IMG/VR virus record: IMGVR_UViG_3300021255_000031
Direction: 5' to 3' (one strand)
DNA: 64,000 nucleotides
Origin: a virus
Lineage: Duplodnaviria; Heunggongvirae; Uroviricota; Caudoviricetes
In this document: positions 10,409-21,655 of the stretch, in pieces
How the letters are laid out: each line of letters begins with the position of its first letter
Position numbering within the stretch: the stretch's first letter is position 1
Translations under genes and position numbers: made by a program
Notes under the pieces: model-generated
What the model was told of the DNA's origin: nothing
Database searches by the model: none
What the model saw: only the letters and a program-made list of their open reading frames with translations

Positions 10409-11413
10409 TTATAAACTATGTAATTCGTTAACAACCAATTCAAGAAGTTCTTGCTGCGAAGGAAGTACTGTTGAAAGCTTAACTGGCTTGCCGAAAACTT
10501 TTTGTACAATATCCTGTAGAACAGCAAATCTACGTTCCTCATCTTCTTCATCAACAGCCTTACTCATATAGCCTTCCCATAGCTCTCGTGCCTCTTGCGC
10601 CACTTCTGTGAAGCTACGCTTTTCTGCTACATAAGTTTCGGTATCACGTAGTTCTGAATGAGACTCAGACGCAATCTTGGCTACTGCCTTTTCTAACTCT
10701 TTCTCAAAGATTTTATAATCTAGTGGTATAACCTTTGGGAAATACTGGCAACAGCGGCCGCCCGTAACTTTATCGGGAGCATCAGCGTCTGTATAAAGAA
10801 CACGTTGCATTGTTTTGGTTTGAGGGTCATATTGCTTATCAGCTAAGCAAATCAAGTCGCACATTCCATTAAGAACAGCAAAAATTCGCTTATCTACATC
10901 TGGTACGGTCTGCTGAATATTTTCGCCTTTCTCATCATAATAAGGACCAGGCTGAGTCTTAGTATGAGCTAAAAAGATAATCGCATAGCCAAGCATTGAG
11001 ATTTCATGAAATACATTAAAAAATTCCGCAGCTGGCATACCATAGCCAGCACCATAAGGAATATCTTTAATGTTTTCTACATTATGCTGTAAGCAAATGT
11101 ACTTTTCTACTAACTGCGCGCAAATCGTAACGGTATCAATAACAATACAATGATAACGCTCTTGGACTTCTGGGTCACGCAACTGCTTTAGATACGCTCT
11201 AAAATCAGACCATTTTTGAATTGGAATAGGCTCTACCGCTAAAGGTAAAAATTCTGTGCCATTCTCGAAATTAAAAAATAGAACATTTTCAATCTTACTA
11301 CCAAATGTAGACTTACCAACTTTAGGGACACCAGCAATTAGAATTGACTTTCCGCGTAAATTACTAGAGATACAATGCTTTTTTAAATTCTTTAAATCTA
11401 ACGTAGCAGCCAT
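10409..11413 (-). CDS. AAA_24 / Sak4-like P-loop ATPase (recombination/annealing)
   Basis: GVPKVGKST, IVIDTV, FLAH; adjacent to an SSB-like gene. Confidence 0.75.
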   Translation of the reverse strand: MAATLDLKNLKKHCISSNLRGKSILIAGVPKVGKSTFGSKIENVLFFNFENGTEFLPLAVEPIPIQKWSDFRAYLKQLRDPEVQERYHCIVIDTVTICAQLVEKYICLQHNVENIKDIPYGAGYGMPAAEFFNVFHEISMLGYAIIFLAHTKTQPGPYYDEKGENIQQTVPDVDKRIFAVLNGMCDLICLADKQYDPQTKTMQRVLYTDADAPDKVTGGRCCQYFPKVIPLDYKIFEKELEKAVAKIASESHSELRDTETYVAEKRSFTEVAQEARELWEGYMSKAVDEEDEERRFAVLQDIVQKVFGKPVKLSTVLPSQQELLELVVNELHSL

Positions 11414-11441
11414 ACTCTTTTACCTCCCAAGTACTCTTGGA

Positions 11442-12344
11442 TTAGTTCCAAGAGTACCTACGAGCTGGAGCGGCAGAAGCCGTAGGAGCGGCGGCTTTCT
11501 TGCTACTATTTTGAGCATCAATCTGCATCTGCTCTATACGTGCCTTTCTTGCATTAAATAGCTTCTTAATATCTGCTGGGTCATACGCAAAATCTTCTTC
11601 CTTTCCGCTATCGTCGCCAGTTGTGATAATAAGCTCACGTACAGTACGGGTAGTAGATTCAGGGACATCTTCGCCCCAAGAGCTCTTTACGGGCTCTGCT
11701 TCAACCGCAGTTACACGAATTCTTCCCTTGACTGTAACGGTATCATTCATATTCCAGTTTCTTTCAATAAACTCAACTGCTTCAGGCTGTTCAACAATAA
11801 AATTGAGTACATCTAGAGTTTCATTATACTGAACAACTGCGCCCTTAATTAATAGCCTACCAGTAGTCTCACCATCACGGTCTTCCTCGGGCTTCATATC
11901 AAGAATAAAAATATCCATGACGAAAGAAGCAGTATCTAGCATATTCACAGTAGAACCAATAAATGATGTACTAATCTGCCATGTATTGATAATCTGGCCG
12001 CTTCGACTTGCGAAGATGTTTTCACGCAGATTCGCGCCTGAGATACGCACCGTAGTAGCTTCATCTACGCCTACATTCTGAATTGTATTAAAGTTCTTCA
12101 GTTCCTGCAACTGAGTATAGCCAGGATTTAATGTATTATTTTTTGTATATCTTGAAGCAAATAGACTAACAGGTACATCGCTTGTTTCTTCACGGCCACC
12201 GTAAGTTTGCTTGACCTGAACAATCATATTCGCACTTTCATATTCTCTGCCATCAGAAAATTTGCCTTGTCTAAAAGTTACGCTCGAAAGCTTACCAACT
12301 ACATTTACTTTATTCTGTCCTTGTTCTGTAATAGCTTTACTCAT
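11442..12344 (-). CDS. Putative ssDNA-binding protein (two OB-like folds, acidic/flexible tail)
   Basis: NKVNVVGKL and VTVKGRIR beta-strand patterns; genomic context. Confidence 0.55.
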   Translation of the reverse strand: MSKAITEQGQNKVNVVGKLSSVTFRQGKFSDGREYESANMIVQVKQTYGGREETSDVPVSLFASRYTKNNTLNPGYTQLQELKNFNTIQNVGVDEATTVRISGANLRENIFASRSGQIINTWQISTSFIGSTVNMLDTASFVMDIFILDMKPEEDRDGETTGRLLIKGAVVQYNETLDVLNFIVEQPEAVEFIERNWNMNDTVTVKGRIRVTAVEAEPVKSSWGEDVPESTTRTVRELIITTGDDSGKEEDFAYDPADIKKLFNARKARIEQMQIDAQNSSKKAAAPTASAAPARRYSWN

Positions 12345-12486
12345 TTTTATTTTTCTCCTTTATATTTATCTTTTATAATTATTATATTATATTATACTAT
12401 ATTTTTATCTATTAATCAAATAAATAGCGGAAGATTCTTTTAGGAACCTCCCGCAAAAGCTGTTCCTACACTAGTAGGTCAGATAA

Positions 12487-12867
12487 TTACTCAGTTACCT
12501 TTTCGGCCTTCGCAGCTGCGCGAGCAGCCTTTGCTGCTTCCTTCTCCGCAGCCTTACGAGCATCTTCCTCTACGGGATCATAGGTTAGACCAGCCTCAGC
12601 TAGAGTGTGATATACAACAGTCTTGGTCTTTGCCTTACGGGTTTCGGTCGCGGGCTCAAGCTCTACGACTTCCTCTCCAGTCTTTACAACTAGGCCCTTT
12701 TTGGTATAGGCGTTAATCGCGCCAGTTACAGAAGCGAGCGGGATACTAAGAGCTTCAGCGATATCCTGCTTAGAAAAGTTCTTACCATAGTTCGTCTTAA
12801 GATAGTTAAATACTGCAATACTATTAGGTGTAGCCATAATTTTTTTTCTCCTTTGTTTTAAAAACAT
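12487..12867 (-). CDS. Winged-helix DNA-binding protein with Ala/Lys-rich tail
   Basis: KQDIAEALSIPLASVTGAINAYTKKGLV pattern. Confidence 0.6.
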   Translation of the reverse strand: MFLKQRRKKIMATPNSIAVFNYLKTNYGKNFSKQDIAEALSIPLASVTGAINAYTKKGLVVKTGEEVVELEPATETRKAKTKTVVYHTLAEAGLTYDPVEEDARKAAEKEAAKAARAAAKAEKVTE

Positions 12868-12976
12868 TTTTTTATTATTTTATATTTAAAGTGGTTTGGA
12901 ACTTTTCGCTCCTTGCCTTCTTTATGTAAATATTATATCATAAAATTTGATAAAAGTCAAATAATAGATTTATTTT

Positions 12977-13342
12977 TTATCGAAAAATTTCTGTAGCCAA
13001 TTCTCGCGCGGATTCATCATCAGAGGTTTCATCCATAATACGCTGAAGCTTAGGGATTACATCCATTTCATATCCTGTAATAGCTTTTTGAAATTGTTCT
13101 ATTTTTGTTTGCAAATTATTTTTAATAATCATAGCGCCCACTAATAATTTAATATAATCATTTTTAGTTGGTTTGTTTGATTCTATTTGTTCTTGTAGTT
13201 GTTGAAAATCAGTCCGCATAATCGCGGCAGTTTTTTCACCTTCTGTATCTTGTTGAAGACGATCATACTCCATTACTTGCTCTGCTAAAAGCTCAGCAGA
13301 TTTAGCAATTTCGATAAACAAATGCTTGTACTCATTATTCAT
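12977..13342 (-). CDS. Hypothetical helical protein
   Basis: 121-aa ORF in operon orientation. Confidence 0.5.
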   Translation of the reverse strand: MNNEYKHLFIEIAKSAELLAEQVMEYDRLQQDTEGEKTAAIMRTDFQQLQEQIESNKPTKNDYIKLLVGAMIIKNNLQTKIEQFQKAITGYEMDVIPKLQRIMDETSDDESARELATEIFR

Positions 13343-13346
13343 TATA

Positions 13347-15713
13347 TTACATTACCTCAATCATTATACTGGTTGTATCTATTAATTTGATTCCCGCGGT
13401 CACCCTACTTTGAATAGGGATAGAGTCAATGTCGATAATTACCGCTTTGCCTTCAGCAGAAATATATATTTTTTCTTGTCCTTCTGGTACAGCATATACA
13501 GCAGCAACAGTATTCTCTTTAGTATTCATTACTTGACGCCCTTTAATACCACGGGTTGTAATGCCAAACTCTTCTATTGGACTAATTTTACCTTGGCCAT
13601 TAGAAGCAATTGTAAGCAAGCCGCGATACATTACATTCTGTTTAATAATTGTAGCAGAGATTACATACTCATTTTCTTCTAGTTTAATTCCCTTCACGCC
13701 GCGAGTTGCGCGACCAGTTGTACTTATATTATCAAGAGAATAGAAATTATAATTACCGGCAGAACTCACTATAAAGACCTTATCTTCATCTGACGAGGAT
13801 AGGAAAATACTCACAATATTATCATCTTCTTCTAGCTTGACCGCCGCCACTCCACGCTTTGAACGAGTAGTGTATTCAGTAATAGAACTCTTTTTAATAT
13901 ATCCTTTTTTACTTACGGTAATAAGATTTTTATAAGTATTAAAAGAAGAAGAATCCATTAGTAAGATAGGCTTTTCTCCATCTTGTAATTCAATTAATTC
14001 ATATACTGAATAATCTTTCTCATATTCTAAATCATTAAGAGAGAAATGATACAATCTGCCGCGATTGGTTAGAACCGCAACAATTCCCATATTGGTAGTA
14101 TAAAGCGTATTAATTAAACTAGCATCTTTCGGTGGCTTAATATTTACACCTTTACGACCGCGCTTTCCACCTTGTAAATTATCCTTTTGAATTGCACGAA
14201 TACTGTTATTATCAAATAGAAGCAATCCAATTTCTTCTTCTTTAATATCAGTAGTTTCATTCTCTTCTATAAGATTAATAACTTTAGTTCTACGCTCATC
14301 ACCGAATTTATTGGCGACCTCGCGCAAAGTTTTTATTAGCTCATTATCTAAAGCGGTAGTATCATTTAATAGGTGCGTTAGCTCGGCGATTTTCATTACA
14401 AGTTCTTCAGCTTCGTTATTCAATTTTGTAATGTCTAAGCGAGTCAGAGCACTAAGTTTCATAGCAAGAATTGCTTCTGCCTGCTCTTTGTTAAAGCCGT
14501 GAATTGAAATAAGCTTTTCCCTGGCTTCGGTAGGATTAGAAGAACTACGGATGAGGGCAACAACTTCATCAATAATTGAATAAGCTTTGATAAGCCCATC
14601 AACGATATTCTTTCGTGCAATTGCTTTATCTAAATCAAATTGTATAATATTTCGCTTACACTCACGAATATGAGAAATATACGCATCACAAGCTTTACGC
14701 CATCCAAATACTTTAGGAAATCTACCTTTATCAAGTAACACCATGTTAATAGAAAACCAATTTTCTAATGATGTATCTTTATATAATTTACTTATCATTT
14801 TCTTTACATTTACACCTTTTGATAAGTAAATACGAATATCTGCAATCTTTTTAGTATGATCTACTACTTTTTCAATACCATAATTAGGATTATCATTAGT
14901 TAATTCTGCTAACTGATCTATAACAGTATTAGTAAAAACTCCATAAGGCAACTCTGTTGCCTGTATCATATTTTGTTCCGATACATATGTAAGCTTCGCT
15001 TGAAGTCTTACCGACTCACCCTGTCCAAATCTTAGACTTTCTTTTACCGCCGCAGCATTTATAATAGTTCCACCAGTAGCAAAATCCGGAGCACAGTAGA
15101 TACTATTAAAATCTACATTGGGATTTTGAATAATTTTAATAAGTGCTTCATTAACCTCTTTAAGATTAAACTGTGGCACTGACGTAGCCAAAGCTACCGC
15201 GATACCAGAGCAACCATTTACAATATTCCAGTAACCAATAGAAGGAAATACAGAAGGTATCATTTCAGTGTCGTCATAGTTAGAATACCATTGTTCTCCG
15301 ATAGCATTTTTCTTTATACCGTCAAATAATAAATCCGCGATTTCACCTGCACGCATTTCTACATAACGAGCAGCGGCGTGGCTATCAGGAGAAGTTGGAT
15401 TGCCATAGCTACCTTGCACATCTTCTACAGGATAACGATACGACCAAGGACGTGCGGCACGAATAAAGGTGTCATACATGGCGGCATCACCATGAACGTA
15501 TGACTGTGCCATTGCGGCCGCCACTGACTTTTGTGCCTTCTGCATCTTATCCTTATGAGTAAGTTTATTTGTGAATTGAGCATACAAGCCTTGACGCAAA
15601 CCTGGTTTTAACATATCTCTAACATCGGCAATTGCACGTTCCTGTGCTACCGATGCGCCGTATGTCAGAAAAGCATTTTCAATCTGCTTTTGAAAATCAG
15701 TTTCGTAAATCAT
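13347..15713 (-). CDS. gyrA: Type II topoisomerase subunit A (GyrA/ParC-like)
   Basis: DMLKPGLR, HGDAAMY, catalytic AAARYVE, PDFATGG; C-terminal pinwheel repeats RATRGVKG/TRGIKG. Confidence 0.93.
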   Translation of the reverse strand: MIYETDFQKQIENAFLTYGASVAQERAIADVRDMLKPGLRQGLYAQFTNKLTHKDKMQKAQKSVAAAMAQSYVHGDAAMYDTFIRAARPWSYRYPVEDVQGSYGNPTSPDSHAAARYVEMRAGEIADLLFDGIKKNAIGEQWYSNYDDTEMIPSVFPSIGYWNIVNGCSGIAVALATSVPQFNLKEVNEALIKIIQNPNVDFNSIYCAPDFATGGTIINAAAVKESLRFGQGESVRLQAKLTYVSEQNMIQATELPYGVFTNTVIDQLAELTNDNPNYGIEKVVDHTKKIADIRIYLSKGVNVKKMISKLYKDTSLENWFSINMVLLDKGRFPKVFGWRKACDAYISHIRECKRNIIQFDLDKAIARKNIVDGLIKAYSIIDEVVALIRSSSNPTEAREKLISIHGFNKEQAEAILAMKLSALTRLDITKLNNEAEELVMKIAELTHLLNDTTALDNELIKTLREVANKFGDERRTKVINLIEENETTDIKEEEIGLLLFDNNSIRAIQKDNLQGGKRGRKGVNIKPPKDASLINTLYTTNMGIVAVLTNRGRLYHFSLNDLEYEKDYSVYELIELQDGEKPILLMDSSSFNTYKNLITVSKKGYIKKSSITEYTTRSKRGVAAVKLEEDDNIVSIFLSSSDEDKVFIVSSAGNYNFYSLDNISTTGRATRGVKGIKLEENEYVISATIIKQNVMYRGLLTIASNGQGKISPIEEFGITTRGIKGRQVMNTKENTVAAVYAVPEGQEKIYISAEGKAVIIDIDSIPIQSRVTAGIKLIDTTSIMIEVM

Positions 15714-15770
15714 AACCCTTTCGCTCCTTTCATTTTTCTATATTATATCATAAATTTAAGAAAAAGTCAA

Positions 15771-16094
15771 TTATTCGCCCACTTTCGCCATGTTATCAGT
15801 TTTAGAATTAAAGACTTCTTCATAATTAGTGACAATAGAATAGATTCTTTTTTCGTCAGGCTCATACCAATAATCTTGCGGGTCATCACTATAAGCAAAA
15901 GTGCTCGCGACAATACTATACGGCCATCTATTAGCAAGTTCAAAATCATTATAGGTAATACTGGGCGGGTCACAAATTCCACAACAATCTCTTTTAAGAG
16001 GCCGTGGATATTTTTTAATAAATTCTAGAAATTCATCTTTAGAGACTCGCTTCACAATTGGCTCAATGGTATAAAAATAATCTTGTGTTTTCAT
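15771..16094 (-). CDS. Hypothetical protein
   Basis: 107-aa ORF between the gyrase genes. Confidence 0.5.
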   Translation of the reverse strand: MKTQDYFYTIEPIVKRVSKDEFLEFIKKYPRPLKRDCCGICDPPSITYNDFELANRWPYSIVASTFAYSDDPQDYWYEPDEKRIYSIVTNYEEVFNSKTDNMAKVGE

Positions 16095-16105
16095 TTGTAG
16101 CTCCT

Positions 16106-17986
16106 TTAATTATTTAATACGCTAAAATCTACATTCTCAAACAAGAACTCTTTTCTCGACTCAACATCTTCGCCCATAAGCATTTCAAGACTTTTCGCCG
16201 CGGTTACAGCATCACTTACTGCTAAAATTTCAATATGTCGTTCTGTTGGATGCAGCATAGAAGCTTCCATATCTTCTGAACTCATTTCACCCAATCCTTT
16301 GTTGTAAGATTGCTCCCAGTTAGGATACTTCTTACGAAGTTCGACAAGCTCAGCATCATTATAAGCGAATACTCGCTTATCTCCTTTTGTTAAACGATAC
16401 AACGGTGCTCGTAGCCAACACAGCCTTCCTTCTTTAATAAAGTCGGGCATAAGCACATAGAACATAGTTGCAATAAGACACATAATGTTATATCCGTCAG
16501 CATCAGCATCGACTGCAATCGCGACCTTACCATAATTCAATTTCTTTGAATTATATTTATTCTGAATACCACACCCAAGTGCCATAATAATGTCAGAAAT
16601 TTCTTGATTCTCTAGGCATTCATCAAGTGGATGCTTCAACAAATTTTTTACCTTACCGCGCACAGCATAAAGTGCTTCATTCATTACATTTCGTGCTGGC
16701 ATAAGGCCACCAAGGGCTGAATTACCTTCACAGATAATAAGCATTGAATCTTGACCGTGCTTTTCGCAATCTTTAAACTTATCGGAGGAAGTTACCTTTT
16801 GACTCTTTTTTTCTTCGGACTTCTTTTCAAAGTTAAGGATACCCTGTCTGGCGCGCTCAGCAGCAGCTTCAGCCTTCTCTACCTTTCTTAACATTTCTAC
16901 AATAGTGTTAAATTCACTATTATATTTTGTAGCCATTTCCTTTAAAGCAGAAGTAAAAGCGTTAGAAGCTAGTGTCCGAAGAGACGGATTGTTAATCTTG
17001 CTTTTCGTCTGATTAGCAAATGAAGGATTTTCTACTTTACAATTGATTACATAAAATAGATTTTTTCTGATATATTCTCCATCAAATTCTGCATCTGCAA
17101 GATTGTTAAATGTCTTAGTAATCGCACTACGGGCGCCGGTAACTGGAGTCCCAAGTTCAGGACAGCGTAATCCATTAACAAAGACATATGGCGTTTCGTG
17201 CTTAGTGCCCCATTGAAAGGCAATTTCTACACTATCTGTACCATCACCAGCAGAAGCAGTAATGATATGTTTTTGAAGAGGGCTTTTAACACTATCAGCT
17301 ACAAAGTCTACAATACCATTTTTCGCACAAAAAGTTCTAGTTTCTCCGGTTTCATCATTAGAAACTACAAATTCAATACCCGTATAAAGATATGATATAT
17401 CTTTTATGTCTTGGCAAATACGCTCATAATTATAACCTATTTCGCCATTGCTAAATACTTCTGGGTCGGGTTTAAAGCGAATATAAGTGCCATCTTTATC
17501 TTTGGTTTTACCTTCATTGTAAGTAATCAAAATACCTTTTTCAAAAAAGGCACAAGCGCGCTTACCGCCGCGATTACTTTGAATTTCAAATTTTTCAGAT
17601 GATAGGCATACACATGAGCCACCGATGCCATTTAAGCCACTGGCATTTTTATATACATCATGTGAAAATTTACCACCAGTATGACTCTTTGTGAAGATAG
17701 ATACAAGAACATTCTCACCATCTTCACGAATGCCAAAAGGAACGCCGCGTCCATAGTCACGCACAGATACAGCATTTAACTTTGCATCTACAGTAACTTC
17801 AATTCGTTTACCATAGCCAGCCAATGCTTCGTCTGTACTATTGTTTATGATTTCTTTCAGAGCCTGATATGTTCCTTCGATGTCATCTGAACCCAAATAC
17901 ATCTGTATACGGGTGCGGACACCTTCACGAAATGATAGGCTTTGAATTGAATTAATATCATAAGTTTCAGACATAGGCGCCTCCAT
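16106..17986 (-). CDS. gyrB: Type II topoisomerase subunit B (GyrB/ParE-like)
   Basis: GVRTRIQMYLG, EIINNSTDE, DYGRGVP, HTGGKF, GLNGIG, ICEGNSA, RGKVKN, DADADG, KGLGEM. Confidence 0.94.
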   Translation of the reverse strand: MEAPMSETYDINSIQSLSFREGVRTRIQMYLGSDDIEGTYQALKEIINNSTDEALAGYGKRIEVTVDAKLNAVSVRDYGRGVPFGIREDGENVLVSIFTKSHTGGKFSHDVYKNASGLNGIGGSCVCLSSEKFEIQSNRGGKRACAFFEKGILITYNEGKTKDKDGTYIRFKPDPEVFSNGEIGYNYERICQDIKDISYLYTGIEFVVSNDETGETRTFCAKNGIVDFVADSVKSPLQKHIITASAGDGTDSVEIAFQWGTKHETPYVFVNGLRCPELGTPVTGARSAITKTFNNLADAEFDGEYIRKNLFYVINCKVENPSFANQTKSKINNPSLRTLASNAFTSALKEMATKYNSEFNTIVEMLRKVEKAEAAAERARQGILNFEKKSEEKKSQKVTSSDKFKDCEKHGQDSMLIICEGNSALGGLMPARNVMNEALYAVRGKVKNLLKHPLDECLENQEISDIIMALGCGIQNKYNSKKLNYGKVAIAVDADADGYNIMCLIATMFYVLMPDFIKEGRLCWLRAPLYRLTKGDKRVFAYNDAELVELRKKYPNWEQSYNKGLGEMSSEDMEASMLHPTERHIEILAVSDAVTAAKSLEMLMGEDVESRKEFLFENVDFSVLNN

Positions 17987-20929
17987 TACTCATTGTAATC
18001 ATCATAAACACGAATCTCAGGATATTTGTAAGGACTCGTTGCGTCATGAGGATAAACAATAACAGGATATCCATGCTCTTCAGTTAAACGCATCAATTCT
18101 TCTATAGAAGATACTTCAATAACTTTTTCAGAGTAAGAACTTACTTTTGTTAAAACAAACTTCATCATCATTTATCCTTTCAATTTCTTTTTTGTAATTA
18201 TATTATATCATAAATTTGAAAAGAAGTCAAGCAATTACCTGACTTCTAATTCTTCAAATTTATTACGTTAATATCGTCTCACATTCCCAATGATATTCTA
18301 TCCCAAAATGGTCTACAATCCAACTTAATTCGCTAAATAGTTCAGTAGAATCTTTAACATAGCAAAAAGTACTACAGCCGCAATATGTCATAAGAGAGGT
18401 TTTTTCTTTGCCAATTTGTAAGATATAAACTGGCTTTTTCATAGCATACATATAGCCGTTTTCCCAATTAGTGCCCGCGCTACTTATGCGCCCAAAGCTA
18501 ATTATAATTGCGCGAATAACGATTGTATTTGTTTATTATTTTTAATAATATTAAAAATTTTATAAAAAGTTTCATAATTATATTCATCACTTTTATTCCA
18601 TTTAAAAGATAAAACAAAAAGAAGAATAAAAAAATGAAAATTATTGTCATAGTCATTTAATTCTTGCTGAATTTGTTGATTCAATTCATCAATAATTTTA
18701 ATGATTTCTTTGTTATTCATAGTTATCTCCAATAGCAATCATTAATCTCATTTTCCATGCCACATTTTGGACAAATGGAGGTCCAATAATGGATACCAAA
18801 TTCTTCATCATACTGTTTTGAGGTTTCTGCAAAGTATGCTTTTCCGCATTTTCGGCAAGTAAATTGCTTAACATTAGAGGGAAGTCTTGGAGTTTTATAT
18901 TCAGCATTAAGCCATTTTAAAAACTCTGATTCAGGTTTTGCCCACAGTTCAGTAGCATATAATCCAAATATTTGTTTAAACTTGTCAGCATTAGTCATAT
19001 TATTAGATTTCTTTATATCCAAGTTCATCAAGTACTGCCCAAAGGCATTCACTAAGTAAATAACATCTAATGGTACAATCTGCCCATCGAGCAAAAGTAC
19101 CCTTATTAGAAATATCATGAATTCTCTCCAGTAAGTCCGCTTCAAGTTCTCCAAATTCAAACAATGCTTCAAAAAGCAAATCAAAATTATGACATAAGTA
19201 TTCTTCACACTTATATTCAGAATCATAAAAGCTAGTATTACCGGTTATGTCATCGTCTTCCCACATTAGGTCATTAAGTGTATCGTATAAACGAGATTCA
19301 GGCACATCTTTATATTCATCTTGATTATTTTGAAGCCATTCTCTAATGTCTGCCTTCATCGCTTCTCTGTAATTATATTTTTCCATACTATCATTTTTGT
19401 CTCCAATACTTTTATCGGTGCGATAAAACCATATTCTACATATGGTATTAAAAGAATCCGTTCATCTTCTCCAAAGTCAACTGTATCATAATCAATATAT
19501 ACTCCATCTACTCTAAGTCCGCGCGCGGGTAGTATAGAAGGAATAATTATAAATATAATAAAGTCACTTCTAATTTCTACATAAGAGGTAGAAATACATT
19601 TATAAGATTTAGGAAAAATAGAGCTTAACTCATTAGTCCATTTTTCCATTTGTTTTGTAATAATTAAAAATGTAAACATAATTCATTGTTTTCCTACAAT
19701 TCGTCTTATGGCGCGATTATTACAATTCGTACATAATGCTTGTTTAGCTCCAGGACATTTTCGATCTTTTGGCTCAGCTTCATTCCATTGTTTCCCATAA
19801 ATAGGGCAAATAAAATTCGTGGCCCTTTCTTCCAGAGTGGCAGAAAATCCTACGATATTTTGATTACTCATACCAAAATAAAATTCTAGAAATTTATCAA
19901 CATTTTGTATCATAATAGGATGCTGTGAGATTTCTGCATCACCAGCCATAAGGTCATCATAACTACAAATTGAAACTTCATAAATACCATAACGATTAGC
20001 CTTATCTCGTAATCGTTCTGGGTCATCAGAAGCAATAACTGCTTTCATATCACGGGCGGCCGCGAGTAATTCACGCGCTTTACCGCTATCGCGTCCTCGT
20101 ACTATTGTAATCATTAAAAACCACACCTCGCTTTTATTAGTTTTTGTACCAAAATAAAAGCATCTACTTTTTCTGGCTCAATCCAACTAAGAACTTCATT
20201 CTCCTCGTCTTCGTTTAATGCATAAAGTGCTATGACGATATAGCAAATCGCAGAAAATATATGTAATTTTTCTGTGTTTTCGTCAAGATAAAAGGTTTTA
20301 TAAATAGTGCGCGAGAAATTTTTAATAGATTCTCTTTCTAAAACCTCTTCATAACTAGAAATCTCTTCAATATTTTGTTCATTGATATATTTATTTATCA
20401 TATATTTTAATACATATCGACCACGATCAGAAAGTTGAGACTGATTTTCTACGCGCTGTTTAAGCCGCCATTTAGAATATATTTTCTTTATTCGCTCAAA
20501 CATTTTTTACTCCCCTTTTTTTCTTTTATTATATCATAATTTTTTCTGCTTGTCAAATCTTCGGTGCCAAGCGAGAAGTTCATTAGGATCTATTCGTTGT
20601 GTATATATGATGCGTCCTTCCTCATCAAGAGCAACATAATTCATCATTTCACAAAAATCACAATAGTCACTTATGTCTCGCGGCTTAGGCCAATTTTTAG
20701 GAAAATGTATAGGATGTTCAGCACGCCATCGCGCACATTGTCTTTCTGCTTCGTTTATATCTCCGTGGCATAGTATTTCAAAGGTACAACGATGAGCATG
20801 ATTCCAAAATTTATCTTGTTTATGATATTTATTTTCTAGCTTGTCAATAATCGGACGAAGTTCTGCGGCAAGAGCTTCTTGCCGCTTTAAATTTATATTA
20901 TTCATTTTTTCTCCTTGGCGCCAGCCCAT
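17986..20929 (-). other. Belt of about 8 small hypothetical phage ORFs
   Basis: Co-oriented 60-150 aa ORFs with SD sites (e.g. 19003-19386, 19683-20126, 20114-20503); no recognisable motifs. Confidence 0.55.
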
Positions 20930-20978
20930 ATTTTTATTTTATAATATTATTATATTATTATTATATTATTATTACTCT

Positions 20979-21082
20979 GGTAATTTTTACCGGAACCTAC
21001 GGTAATTTTTACCGTACCCTCTGGTAATTTTTACCGGATTATTCCGGTAATTTTTACCGTATTCGTATAAGGTAAAAATTAC
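20979..21082. repeat. Iteron-like array: 4 x GGTAATTTTTACCG plus one partial inverted copy, beside an AT-only tract
   Basis: Copies start at 20979, 21001, 21023 and 21046 (22/22/23 bp period); each is near-palindromic; partial inverted copy at 21071; A/T-only run at about 20931-20974. Confidence 0.9.
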
Positions 21083-21420
21083 AGTATTGCGGACGGGTTA
21101 AAAATATAAACATTTAGTTTTCCATCGGCACGATTAAGGCAATTAAAATTTTCAAGTTCTGTGCGCGCATTACGCAAGCCTTTATCACTTATTCCTATTT
21201 CTTCACATATCTTTTTAGGAGATAAATCAAATTGTCCTTTACCAGCCCAAGAATACATGTACTCCCATAGTTTATAGCCATTTCCTGTAAGTTTTTTCAT
21301 TGCGGCTTTCTTATATTTCCAATAGACCCAGGGAGCAAACATTTCTCCGTCCTCCCCCGCCTGTCGGATTGTCTGCTCTAAATCTAATTGAATTGTCAAT
21401 TGATTAGCATAATTAGCCAT
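21079..21420 (-). CDS. Winged-helix protein, phage replication-initiator-like
   Basis: LTGNGYKLWEYMYSW...SPKKICEEIGISDKGLRNARTELE pattern; ends at the iteron array. Confidence 0.6.
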   Translation of the reverse strand: MANYANQLTIQLDLEQTIRQAGEDGEMFAPWVYWKYKKAAMKKLTGNGYKLWEYMYSWAGKGQFDLSPKKICEEIGISDKGLRNARTELENFNCLNRADGKLNVYIFNPSAIL

Positions 21421-21655
21421 ACATTACTTTTTCCATTCTCATTAAAAGTGCCATTGAGGGAGTAGCTTTTCCATTCAATACTTTATTAAGATGTGGGCGA
21501 CTAATTTGTACCAGTGCGGCCGCCGCCTCCTGCGTTAAATTATGAATGAGTATATAGCGAGTAAAATCATCAATAATTTTTTGTAGCATATCATGAACAC
21601 CTCGGGCAAAGAAAGATACCTCTCTTATGAGAGGCTTTCTTTTAAAATTTACCAC
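21413..21655 (-). CDS. XRE-family HTH regulator
   Basis: LTQEAAAALVQISRPHLNKVLNGKATPS. Confidence 0.8.
   Translation of the reverse strand: MVNFKRKPLIREVSFFARGVHDMLQKIIDDFTRYILIHNLTQEAAAALVQISRPHLNKVLNGKATPSMALLMRMEKVMYG

Noticed and set aside
8186-17986. Inteins in DnaB or gyrase subunits
   Set aside because: Protein lengths are normal; no C/S...HN junctions or LAGLIDADG blocks.
18263-18520. Second nucleoside deoxyribosyltransferase (GRISSAGTNWENGYMYAMKKPV)
   Set aside because: Only the C-terminal motif remains; the frame hits stop codons upstream. Probably a remnant, too weak to call.
20979-21082. CRISPR array
   Set aside because: Repeats are 14 bp with 8-9 bp spacers, far too short; no cas genes in the window.
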